Part shown: in pieces, positions 17,205 through 25,974 of the stretch
How the letters are laid out: every line of letters starts with the position of its first letter
Position numbering within the stretch: position 1 is the first letter of the stretch
From: Candidatus Brennerbacteria bacterium
GTDB lineage: Bacteria; Patescibacteriota; Minisyncoccia; UBA6257; GWB1-50-10
Direction: 5' to 3'
NCBI GenBank assembly: GCA_016183535.1
Contig: JACPEK010000004.1
Span: 8,592-72,591, forward strand
DNA: 64,000 nucleotides
Position numbers and translations under genes: made by a program
The notes under the pieces: generated by a model
The model's database searches: none
Told to the model about the DNA's origin: nothing
Seen by the model: only the letters and a program-made list of their open reading frames with translations

Positions 17205-19613
17205 ATGAAAAGAAAAAAAATTCCGTTGGGTTTTTTGTTCCTCTCCGCCGTTGCGACATTCTTCGTGCCGTCGGCCACCGCCGCAAGCGAAGCTAAATTG
17301 GCGCTTCCCGACATGGGTATAGTGTCATTTTTCGGTGTGAGCGGTTTTTCTCTGCTTCTCGGCGGCCTCGCGGTATCACTGCTCGGTATGGCGTTTGGGC
17401 TCTTCATGTACCGCCGCGTCCGGCGCCTGCCCGTACATGTCGCCATGAGGGAAATAGGAAACCTCATCTACGAAACCTGCAAGACATACCTTATTACGCA
17501 AGGGAAATTCCTTGCTATACTCGAACTCTTCATAGGCGCGATTATCGTGTTCTACTTCGGTTTCCTTAGAGACTTCGGAGCTCTGCGCGTACTCATTATT
17601 CTCCTCTTCAGCGTCGTCGGGATTCTGGGAAGCTACGCGGTCGCGTGGTTCGGCATCCGCATCAACACATTCGCCAACTCCCGCACCGCGTTCGCGAGTC
17701 TCAAAGGAAAACCGTATCCCACCTACGACATTCCCCTCCGTGCCGGTATGAGCGTGGGCACCCTCCTTATCAGCGTGGAGCTTTTCATCATGCTCGCCAT
17801 TCTACTGTTCGTTCCCCGTGACCTGGCGGGGGCATGCCTCATCGGGTTTGCGATCGGCGAATCGCTTGGGGCGGCCGCGCTCCGCGTCGCGGGCGGCATT
17901 TTCACCAAAATCGCCGACATCGGCGCCGACCTCATGAAAATCATTTTTCGCATCAAGGAGGATGACGCGCGAAATCCGGGAGTCATCGCCGACTGCGCCG
18001 GCGACAACGCGGGCGATTCGGTGGGTCCCACTGCCGACGGTTTCGAAACGTACGGGGTGACCGGCGTAGCCTTGATCACCTTCATTCTCCTTGCGGTCGC
18101 TTCGGTAACCACGCAAGTTCAGCTTCTTGTATGGATATTCGCGATGCGCATCGCGATGGTGGTGACAAGTGTGGGGGCCTACTTCATAAACCAGATTATC
18201 GCGAAGGCACGCTACGGCGATCGTGATGAGATGGACGCCGAGGCACCGCTTACCACGCTCATTTGGATCGCCTCCGTCATTTCCGTAGGAGCCACCTACC
18301 TGCTCTCTTGGCTCCTCATTGGCGGACTCGGCGACGGTTCGCTTTGGTGGAAACTCGCCACCATTATCAGTTTCGGCACGCTCGCGGGCGCTATTATTCC
18401 AGAGCTCGTGAAAATATTTACCTCTACGAAATCTGCCCACGTGAAAGAAATAATCGATTCGTCCCGCGAAGGAGGCGCCTCCCTTAATATCCTCTCCGGC
18501 CTCGTGGCGGGCAACATGAGCGCGTACTGGATGGGGCTCGCCATCGTCGGGCTCATGGCGCTCGCGTTCGGTGTGAGCACTATGGGGCTCGGAACGCTCA
18601 TGATCGCGCCCGCCATCTTTGCCTTCGGGTTGGTCGCTTTCGGATTTCTCGGGCTCGGGCCCGTCACGATCGCGGTTGACTCCTACGGCCCCGTGACCGA
18701 CAACGCCCAATCGGTCTACGAGCTTTCCCTCATCGAGAGCGTTCCAAAAGAAGAGATTAAGAATGAGTTTGGATTCGATCCGGATTTCGACCGCGCGAAA
18801 GATTTCCTCGAGAAAAACGACGCCACCGGAAATGCCTTCAAGGCAACCGCGAAGCCGGTTCTCATCGGCACTGCGGTCGTCGGTGCGACGACGCTTATTT
18901 TCTCGATTGTGATGATACTCACCCAAGGACTGAAACCGGAATTTCTCCAGAATCTCTCGCTCCTCTACCCCCCGTTTCTTCTCGGCTTCATTGCGGGCGG
19001 CGCCGTCATCTACTGGTTCTCGGGCGCCTCAACGCAGGCGGTCGTTGCAGGCGCCTATCGCGCGGTCGCGTTCATTAAAGATAAAATCAGGCTCGACGAC
19101 TCGGTCACGAAGGCCTCCGTCGAAGATTCGAAGCGGGTAGTCGAAATCTGCACGCAATTCGCGCAGAAGGGAATGTTCAATATTTTCCTCGCGGTATTCT
19201 TCGGCACGCTCGCTTTCGCGTCGGTTGATCCTTATTTCTTCATCGGCTATCTCATCTCCATCGCCGTATTCGGACTCTATCAGGCGATCTTCATGGCGAA
19301 CGCGGGTGGCGCGTGGGACAACGCAAAAAAACTCGTCGAGACGGAACTGAAGGAGAAAGGCACCGAACTCCACGCCGCCACCGTCGTCGGCGACACAGTA
19401 GGCGACCCTTTCAAGGACACCTCATCGGTGGCGATGAATCCCATCATCAAATTCACGACGCTCTTTGGTCTCCTCGCGGTGGAGCTCGCAATTACTCTGC
19501 CGCGGACGACCACTTGGATGCTCTCCGCGGTGTTCTTCGCGGTATCGATCTTCTTCGTTTGGCGCTCGTTCTACGGCATGAAGATCATTCCGCAGGAATC
19601 AGGCCGTCGGTAA
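17205..19613 (+). CDS. hppA: Membrane-bound proton/sodium-translocating pyrophosphatase
   Basis: 802-aa polytopic protein with GDNAGD, DxxGDxxKD and DNVGDxxGxxAD-like H+-PPase motifs. Confidence 0.95.
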   Translation: MKRKKIPLGFLFLSAVATFFVPSATAASEAKLALPDMGIVSFFGVSGFSLLLGGLAVSLLGMAFGLFMYRRVRRLPVHVAMREIGNLIYETCKTYLITQGKFLAILELFIGAIIVFYFGFLRDFGALRVLIILLFSVVGILGSYAVAWFGIRINTFANSRTAFASLKGKPYPTYDIPLRAGMSVGTLLISVELFIMLAILLFVPRDLAGACLIGFAIGESLGAAALRVAGGIFTKIADIGADLMKIIFRIKEDDARNPGVIADCAGDNAGDSVGPTADGFETYGVTGVALITFILLAVASVTTQVQLLVWIFAMRIAMVVTSVGAYFINQIIAKARYGDRDEMDAEAPLTTLIWIASVISVGATYLLSWLLIGGLGDGSLWWKLATIISFGTLAGAIIPELVKIFTSTKSAHVKEIIDSSREGGASLNILSGLVAGNMSAYWMGLAIVGLMALAFGVSTMGLGTLMIAPAIFAFGLVAFGFLGLGPVTIAVDSYGPVTDNAQSVYELSLIESVPKEEIKNEFGFDPDFDRAKDFLEKNDATGNAFKATAKPVLIGTAVVGATTLIFSIVMILTQGLKPEFLQNLSLLYPPFLLGFIAGGAVIYWFSGASTQAVVAGAYRAVAFIKDKIRLDDSVTKASVEDSKRVVEICTQFAQKGMFNIFLAVFFGTLAFASVDPYFFIGYLISIAVFGLYQAIFMANAGGAWDNAKKLVETELKEKGTELHAATVVGDTVGDPFKDTSSVAMNPIIKFTTLFGLLAVELAITLPRTTTWMLSAVFFAVSIFFVWRSFYGMKIIPQESGRR

Positions 19614-19648
19614 CGTCCCGCGCACCGCGCGAGATGGTCTCTTCCTTA

Positions 19649-19682
19649 ATCCCTCCGCGCGGCGCGCGGAGGGATTTGTTTG
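19649..19682 (+). terminator. Rho-independent terminator after hppA
   Basis: atccctccgcgc-ggc-gcgcggagggat followed by ttgttt. Confidence 0.7.
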
Positions 19683-19706
19683 AGGCAAAGCAAAAAAGCG
19701 CGCATA

Positions 19707-21152
19707 ATGGGCAAAATGGAATTTCAATCCAAAAAAATCCTTGTGATGGGCCTCGGAACGCTCGGCGGAGGGGTCGCGACCACGAAGTGGCTCGTGAAGC
19801 GCGGCGCAAAGGTGACCGTCACCGATCTCCGCGCAAAGCGGGAGCTTGCGCCGTCCATAAAAGCGCTTGGAACTGACGCAAAAAAAGTGCGTTTCGTTCT
19901 CGGGGCGCATCGTGAAGCGGATTTTCGCACGCATGACATCGTAGTGGTGAACCCGGCGGTGCCGCGGGGGAGCAAGTTTCTCGCGATCGCGCGCGCGGCG
20001 GGAAAACAAATCGTGAACGACGCCCGCATATTTTTTGACCTCGCGCCGAATTCAATCGTGGCGGTAACCGGCACACGCGGAAAAACCACCACCGCAAACT
20101 GGATCGCTCATTTTCTCCGCGCGGGAGACAAGGCGGTTTTTGCCGCCGGCAACACCCCCAACCGCCCGCTTCTCGCCGACCTCGACCGGCTCGCACACCG
20201 ACCCGATACCCCCGCCGTCCTCGAGCTTTCCTCATGGCAACTGGAGCTTCTCGGTGAGGCGTGGCGCGCACCCGACGTCGCCGTCATCACAAACCTCTAC
20301 CCGGATCACCTCAACCGCTACCGCGGCATGGAGGACTACGCCCACGCAAAGGCGGTGATATTCCAAAATCAAAATCCCGCGCAAGCGATAATTTTGAACG
20401 CTCAAAATAAATGGACGGCGTTTTTTCTCAAAATGAACCCAAGAGGACGTCATTACTTTTTCTCCTTGAAAACACTCCCCCGCGACACGCAAGGGCTTTT
20501 TCTGCGCCACAGTGAGATAATATTCACCGAGAGCGGGGAGGTGAAAACGCTCGCGGGAAAGAAATTCGTCCGCGATTTCGTTTCCGTGTGGGGCACACAC
20601 AATCTCGAAAATCTCCTCGCCGCGATGCTTGCCACGCACCTTTCGGGATTGGCGTGGCAAACTATCCTCGCACGCATATCTTCGATCCCTTCAATTCCGT
20701 TTCGGCAGGAGATTATTATGCGAAGAAGAGCTTTTCTCGTTGTAAACGATTCGGCCAGCACCTCGCCCGACGCCGTGATCGCCGCGCTCACCCGCTTTAG
20801 AGGATCGGGCGCCCGTCTCATCACCGGCGGCACCGATAAAAAACTGGAGTTCCAAAATCTCGCCCGCATCATGAAAAAATCCATTCCCGCCGCGCAAACA
20901 TTTTTCCTAAACGGTAGCGCCACTAAAAAACTTCTCCGCGAGCTTTCACAAGTTGGTTTCTTCGGAAAGCAAAGACCGCAAGTATTCGAAAATCTCCCCG
21001 ATATTCTCCGCACCATCAAGAGCGGGTTAAAAACTCACAACCGACAACTAACAACTATCTTGTTCTCTCCCGGCGCCGCGAGTTTTGAGAAGTTCAAGAA
21101 CGAGTTTGACCGCGGGCGACGCTTTGCGGAAGCGGCGCGGAAATATCTTTGA
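19707..21152 (+). CDS. murD: UDP-N-acetylmuramoylalanine--D-glutamate ligase (Mur ligase family, MurD-like)
   Basis: N-terminal Rossmann GLGxxG, a Mur ligase central domain with GTRGKTT, and a C-terminal domain. The start is probably at MGKMEF; the track starts at 19680. Confidence 0.85.
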   Translation: MGKMEFQSKKILVMGLGTLGGGVATTKWLVKRGAKVTVTDLRAKRELAPSIKALGTDAKKVRFVLGAHREADFRTHDIVVVNPAVPRGSKFLAIARAAGKQIVNDARIFFDLAPNSIVAVTGTRGKTTTANWIAHFLRAGDKAVFAAGNTPNRPLLADLDRLAHRPDTPAVLELSSWQLELLGEAWRAPDVAVITNLYPDHLNRYRGMEDYAHAKAVIFQNQNPAQAIILNAQNKWTAFFLKMNPRGRHYFFSLKTLPRDTQGLFLRHSEIIFTESGEVKTLAGKKFVRDFVSVWGTHNLENLLAAMLATHLSGLAWQTILARISSIPSIPFRQEIIMRRRAFLVVNDSASTSPDAVIAALTRFRGSGARLITGGTDKKLEFQNLARIMKKSIPAAQTFFLNGSATKKLLRELSQVGFFGKQRPQVFENLPDILRTIKSGLKTHNRQLTTILFSPGAASFEKFKNEFDRGRRFAEAARKYL

Positions 21153-21209
21153 CGAAGCGCGTGGTGCGTGGTATCGTGCCGGCAGAATAAACCTTAACAA
21201 GGAGGGAAT

Positions 21210-21488
21210 ATGTCTTGGAGGCATTCGCTCGACGCGTGCAATGTGCATACGCTCGGCGAAAAAGAAACGCTCGCGCGACTTTGCGAGCTTGGCGCCAATC
21301 CGCCCGAAATAGAACAAAGTGAGTACCGCGAGTTCGCAAGCTCGCTCCGCGGAAGGATGGCGGAAATTCTCGGAGTCAACTGTGATTACGAGTTCTCCGA
21401 GGAAGATCTTTTCGAGATTATAACCCACCTCCGAAACGGCAAGGAGGTGAGAGAAATTGCGCGCCACTGCTTCGGCGCGCGTGCATAG
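21210..21488 (+). CDS. Hypothetical small protein (92 aa)
   Basis: A good AAGGAGGG RBS lies 7 nt upstream and a terminator follows. Confidence 0.5.
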   Translation: MSWRHSLDACNVHTLGEKETLARLCELGANPPEIEQSEYREFASSLRGRMAEILGVNCDYEFSEEDLFEIITHLRNGKEVREIARHCFGARA

Positions 21489-21503
21489 AGCCCCCAACCC
21501 AAG

Positions 21504-21540
21504 CTTCGTCCGCGATTTCCGTCCGGACGAAGTTTTTTAT
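21504..21540 (+). terminator. Rho-independent terminator
   Basis: cttcgtccg…cggacgaag followed by ttttttatttt. Confidence 0.7.
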
Positions 21541-21556
21541 TTTCCGGCCGCTCCGC

Positions 21557-22024
21557 TCAATCGTTTCCCTTCACCTTTAACTTCTTGGCCTTCTGGCGGT
21601 CGATTTTCGGCATTTTTACCGTGAGCACACCGTCTTTAATCGTGGCGGAGGATTTATCCGGATCCACCTCGTGCGGGAGAATAATTGAACGCGAAAAACT
21701 CCCCCAGAAACACTCCTGATAAAAATAATCTTTTTCTTCAACCTCCTTCGTTCGCTCCCGCTTCCCGTGGATTGAGACGGATTCCGGCGTGATCGAAACC
21801 TCAACCTCTTCCGCTTTCACGCCCGCCACGGTGGACTGCACGATGAGGTACTCGCCGTCCTGGTAGACGTCCACGGTGAGCTGGCCCTCGGCATCGTCCT
21901 CATCCGCGAGCGGCGCGGCTTCTCCCTCTTGCATTAGAAGCGCCGCCGGCGCGCCTTTCACTTTCGCAAGCTCCGCGAAAATATCTTTCTCATGCTGTTC
22001 TTCGGTCATGGGAAGATTATACAC
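21557..22024 (-). CDS. Small heat-shock protein (Hsp20 / alpha-crystallin family)
   Basis: 155 aa with an alpha-crystallin domain and a C-terminal I/V-x-I/V-like motif. Confidence 0.85.
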   Translation of the reverse strand: MYNLPMTEEQHEKDIFAELAKVKGAPAALLMQEGEAAPLADEDDAEGQLTVDVYQDGEYLIVQSTVAGVKAEEVEVSITPESVSIHGKRERTKEVEEKDYFYQECFWGSFSRSIILPHEVDPDKSSATIKDGVLTVKMPKIDRQKAKKLKVKGND

Positions 22025-22025
22025 C

Positions 22026-22712
22026 CTATCGTTTCAATCGTTCAAAGTCGACGAGCACAAAGAATCCCGCCAGCGCGAGAAAAAGCGCCGGCACGAGGAT
22101 ATTCTCATACTCGAAGCGATAAATAAGGAAGTTGAAAACCGCATGCATCGCACCGGCGATCGCGAGACCAAGCGCGACGAAGCGCCGCGGATTCTTCCGT
22201 ATTCGGCCGCGCGCCCATGCGTATCCGACAAGCGACGAAGCGAGGGCATGGAGGAGCGTTGCCCCCACGAACCGATAAATAAGAATCGAGAGCGCGCCGC
22301 CCGCCGCGAAGAAGACTCCGAGTGAGGCTGAGAGCGGATATGCCGACCCCGTCACAAAAATATTCTCAACCGTTGCAAAACCCAGTGCGGCGGCAATCGT
22401 ATAGATCATCGCGTCTACCGGCTCATCAAAGGCGGGGTTGCGGCGCACCGCGAACCATGCCGCGAGAAATTTGAAGAATTCTTCGAGAAATGCGAGGGTT
22501 GCGACGAGAATCACGAACTCGCCTTTCAAAAAATAATCCGCGACGCTCTGGATCGCAAAAGTGGGAACGGTAACCGCGGCACCGAAAAGAAAGGTTTTAA
22601 TAATGAGACGCTTCGGTTCGGGATGAAGATCTTCTCGAAGAAAAAAGAAGAGCCAGACGAGCGCGGGGACGAAGGCGGCGGCGAGCACGATGAACACGTT
22701 CGCTACTTCCAT
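22026..22712 (-). CDS. PrsW-family intramembrane protease-like protein
   Basis: EEFFKF and GFAxVEN plus conserved His motifs characteristic of the PrsW family. The start is probably MEVANVFIV; the track ORF is extended upstream. Confidence 0.7.
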   Translation of the reverse strand: MEVANVFIVLAAAFVPALVWLFFFLREDLHPEPKRLIIKTFLFGAAVTVPTFAIQSVADYFLKGEFVILVATLAFLEEFFKFLAAWFAVRRNPAFDEPVDAMIYTIAAALGFATVENIFVTGSAYPLSASLGVFFAAGGALSILIYRFVGATLLHALASSLVGYAWARGRIRKNPRRFVALGLAIAGAMHAVFNFLIYRFEYENILVPALFLALAGFFVLVDFERLKR

Positions 22713-24955
22713 GGGTTCATCATGAGAAATTCGCGCTCCCGCCGGAAGTTTTTCCCGCCGGCAGGAAGATTTTGATAGAGCGCTTCGGTGACAAACGGCA
22801 CAAACGGATGGAGCATCACAAGACACTCCATGAGGATCGCTTCGAGGAGGTGATAGGCGGCGGCCGCTTTTTTTGCGTCGGCATCCTTCAGATCTTCCTT
22901 TTTTGCCTCGATGATTTTATCCGCAAACGTGTGCCAGAGATAATGATAGGCGCGTTCGGCGGCCCGATGGAATTGGAATTTTTCGATGAATCGCGCTACT
23001 TCTCTTTTTGCTTTCACCGCGCCCGCGAGATGTTTTTTGTCCGACACGGAAAAAACCGCGTGTTGATTGGCAAACTCCGGCGTGTAGTGCATAAGGACGA
23101 AGCGCCCCACGTTCCATATTTTTGTCGTGAAATTGCGATACCCGCGCACTTTATCTTCCGACAATTTAATATCACTTCCCGGCGCCGCGCCCATCACGAG
23201 CGAAAGTCGCGTGGCGTCCGCGTTGTATTTTCGGATCATGTCCAGGGGGTCGATCACGTTGCCGTCGGTCTTCGACATTTTCTTTCCTTTTTCGTCCCGC
23301 ACAAGGCCGTGGAGGTACACCGTGCGGAATGGAATATCGCCCAAGAGCGCACCGGTCATCAAGATCATGCGCGCCACCCAAAAAAAGAGAATATCGTAGC
23401 CGGTCTCCAATACGTCCGTAGGGTGATAGGTCGCAAGATCGCTCCCTTTCTTGGGCTTGCTCCGAGCGTAGTCGAGGGGCCACCCGAGCGTGGAGAAGGT
23501 CCATAGGCCGGATGAAAACCACGTGTCGAGCGTGTCCGGATCTTGCGCCCAATCCATCTCGGCTCCGCCAGCTGGCGGATCTCCCGCTATCATCTCATTG
23601 CCGTTGTCCGCCGAAACCTTAGCGAAGGCGCGGTGGTACCACACCGGAATCCGGTGGCCGAACCAGATCTGGCGCGAGATGCACCAGTCCCGCAAATTCT
23701 CAATCCAGTGGAAATAGATTTTCTCGAAACGTTTGGGAATGATCTCGATCTGCCCGCCCGCGACCGCGGCGAGCATGATTTTTTTCAAAGTCGTCTCGCT
23801 CCCCGATCGGATGCCTTTAATCTTCGATTTCTCGAGCGTGAATTTTTTATTGACCGCCACAAACCACTGTTCTTTGATCTGCGGCTCGATCCGTCCTCCG
23901 CCTCGGCTTGAGGTCGCGATGCGGTGCACATACCCTTCCTCCACCTTCACCAAAAGGCTTTTTTGTCTCAATTTTTCGACGATCGCGGCGCGGGCGTCCC
24001 TTATCTTCATCCCTGCAAATTCCCCGGCCACGGGAAGGAGCTTTCCCCGCTCATCGATAATCTGTTCCCTGTCCAACCCGTGCCGTTCCGCGATTTCAAA
24101 GTCCGTCGCGTCATGCCACGGCGTAATGGTCATGGCGCCCGTGCCGAAATCCATATCCATCACTGCATCTTTCACGACCGTCGCAATCACGGGACCGTTG
24201 ATCCATTCAAGTGATAATTTTTCTCCGCCCTTATACTTCGCATATCGTTTGTCTTTCGGATGCACCACGACGTATTTGTCGCCGAACTTCGTCTCGGGAC
24301 GCGCCGTCGCGATCACAAAGGGGCCGTACTGGAGATAGTAGAGCGGCACCTTTTCTTCCCTCCATTCAATCTCATCGTCCGAAACGGTCGTCTGCATCTT
24401 CGGGTCCCAGTTCACAATACGCGCGCCGCGATAAATGAGACCCATGTCGTACATCCGTTTGAACGCGGTTGCGACCGCTTCTCCGCGCGCCTCATCGAGG
24501 GTGTACGCCTCGCGGCTCCAGTCGACCGACGCCCCCATCCGCCGCATCTGGTTCACAATCGTATCGTGGCTCTCCGCCGCGAACTCCCGCACCCGCTTCA
24601 AAAATTCCTCGCGCCCGAGATCGTGCCGATTCTTCCCTTCTTTCTTATAGATGAGCGACTCCACCTTCGACTGCGTCGCGATCGCGGCGTGATCGGTGCC
24701 CGGAAGCCAGAGCGCTTTCCTTCCCTTCATACGCCAGTACCGCACCATGATGTCTTCAATAACCAACATCGCGGCGTGACCCATGTGGAGGGTACCGGTG
24801 ACGTTCGGCGGCGGGAGAACGATCGTAAACGGCTTCGCGTTTTTCTTCGTCGCTCCTTTTGCGACACACGTATCGGGATTAAAAAAACCCGACGCCTCCC
24901 ATCGCCGATAGATTTCTCCCTCCACCGCGTTTCCGTCGTATTGAGGTTCAAGCAT
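22703..24955 (-). CDS. valS: Valine--tRNA ligase (short form)
   Basis: HIGH (PNVTGTLHMGHA) and KMSKT motifs, and a C-terminal coiled-coil-less short form (750 aa). Confidence 0.95.
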   Translation of the reverse strand: MLEPQYDGNAVEGEIYRRWEASGFFNPDTCVAKGATKKNAKPFTIVLPPPNVTGTLHMGHAAMLVIEDIMVRYWRMKGRKALWLPGTDHAAIATQSKVESLIYKKEGKNRHDLGREEFLKRVREFAAESHDTIVNQMRRMGASVDWSREAYTLDEARGEAVATAFKRMYDMGLIYRGARIVNWDPKMQTTVSDDEIEWREEKVPLYYLQYGPFVIATARPETKFGDKYVVVHPKDKRYAKYKGGEKLSLEWINGPVIATVVKDAVMDMDFGTGAMTITPWHDATDFEIAERHGLDREQIIDERGKLLPVAGEFAGMKIRDARAAIVEKLRQKSLLVKVEEGYVHRIATSSRGGGRIEPQIKEQWFVAVNKKFTLEKSKIKGIRSGSETTLKKIMLAAVAGGQIEIIPKRFEKIYFHWIENLRDWCISRQIWFGHRIPVWYHRAFAKVSADNGNEMIAGDPPAGGAEMDWAQDPDTLDTWFSSGLWTFSTLGWPLDYARSKPKKGSDLATYHPTDVLETGYDILFFWVARMILMTGALLGDIPFRTVYLHGLVRDEKGKKMSKTDGNVIDPLDMIRKYNADATRLSLVMGAAPGSDIKLSEDKVRGYRNFTTKIWNVGRFVLMHYTPEFANQHAVFSVSDKKHLAGAVKAKREVARFIEKFQFHRAAERAYHYLWHTFADKIIEAKKEDLKDADAKKAAAAYHLLEAILMECLVMLHPFVPFVTEALYQNLPAGGKNFRREREFLMMNPWK

Positions 24956-25112
24956 GATTGAGATGATTCCATCATACCCGAAAAACGCCGAGGAATGAAT
25001 GTTTTATCCCGCCATTCTTCACAAGGTTGTAAAAACAAAAATATGTTATACCGACAACAATAAAACCGAGCACGCGGAGATAAACCGTTCAATTTATAAA
25101 ATTCGAACTCCA

Positions 25113-25152
25113 AAAAACAGGGTGCTATACTTTAGTATAGCACCCTGTTTTT
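25113..25152. terminator. Perfect hairpin terminator downstream of yraN (A-run on one side, T-run on the other)
   Basis: aaaacagggtgctatac-ttt-agtatagcaccctgtttt. Confidence 0.75.
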
Positions 25153-25180
25153 ACACGCCATACACGTATCTCAAACGCCG

Positions 25181-25565
25181 TCAGACATTTTCATAGTGGC
25201 GAACCGCGAAACCGCCGGCGGTCCGGACGAGCGCCACGAGATCAAGGCGGTAGCCGCGGTCGTCGCGCACAAGCTCATGCCGGTGGCCGGCATAGAGCGA
25301 CGCGGTCCGGCGAAACTTTTCCATCTTCTCCCCTGTCATGTGATCTTCCGGCCGCAAGCCGGAACCCCGAGCGTTGGCGGGGGGCTCCGTCATGGTCTTT
25401 ACCTCCACAAATACCAATGTCCCATCCGGCGCTTGCGTCACGACATCAAGCTCTCCCCAAGGATACCTCACGTTCCGGTCGATGATTTTGTATCCCTTCC
25501 GCTCCAAAAAAAGACACGCCGCGGATTCTCCATGTGTTCCTAATTCGGCGTTTTTAGTGATCACA
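25181..25565 (-). CDS. yraN: YraN/UPF0102-family endonuclease
   Basis: LG-HGE…LERKGYKI…GELDVV…FVEVKT core. The track ORF runs to 25660, but the conserved family core begins just after an in-frame GTG at about 25565. That GTG is directly preceded by a TGtTATAAT extended -10 box. Confidence 0.65.
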
Positions 25566-25713
25566 AGACTATTATAACACTGCCGATAGTGCAAAAAATG
25601 GGTCAAAATGTTTGTCGATAAACAAAATAAATACATAAAAATAAAAAGTGTAGGTTTCATCGCATTATCGGATAAGTAGATAAAACCTACATTTGTAGGT
25701 TTTATGCGGTTAT

Positions 25714-25780
25714 CAGGTTTTTTAGTTTTTTCAGTTTTTTTGATTTATCGGATTTTTCTGATTTTCCCACTTTTTCAATA
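25714..25780. repeat. Array of about 7 degenerate 9-bp tandem repeats (phased T/A tracts; minus-strand consensus about NTAAAAACT)
   Basis: gttttttag ttttttcag tttttttga tttatcgga tttttctga ttttcccac tttttcaat. T-tract starts are spaced exactly 9 nt apart. Confidence 0.6.
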
Positions 25781-25926
25781 AAAACTCCTGTGCGTATATC
25801 ACACACAGGAGTAAATCAAATGTTAATAATGCGGTTTTAAAATATCACCTAAATATGTTTCTGTCAAATAATCTGCTACACTTACAATCGTGAATATGAA
25901 AGATTTCCACTTCGTTCATCCGTTCA

Positions 25927-25950
25927 GCGAGCAACGCTCCTGCTCGTTTT
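25927..25950 (+). terminator. Terminator-like hairpin plus T5 immediately upstream of the ftsK start (attenuator or end of a small transcript)
   Basis: cgagca-acgctcc-tgctcg followed by ttttt, about 25 nt before the ftsK start. Confidence 0.4.
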
Positions 25951-25974
25951 TACCCTCCATTTCTGCTTTAATTA

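Noticed and set aside
24956-25112. Possible T-box or riboswitch leader upstream of valS (about 160-nt AT-rich leader) and upstream of leuS and glyQS
   Set aside because: No T-box consensus (AATTAGGGTGGNACCGCG-like) or specifier-loop architecture was found. The leaders are too short or unstructured. They are treated as ordinary promoter regions and a leader hairpin.
25566-25660. Annotated upstream start of yraN at 25660 giving a 159-aa protein with a hydrophobic N-terminal extension
   Set aside because: The extension is AT-rich like the adjacent intergenic DNA, and YraN-family proteins are about 115-130 aa. An in-frame GTG at about 25565 directly preceded by TGtTATAAT fits better. This is uncertain, so both options are mentioned.
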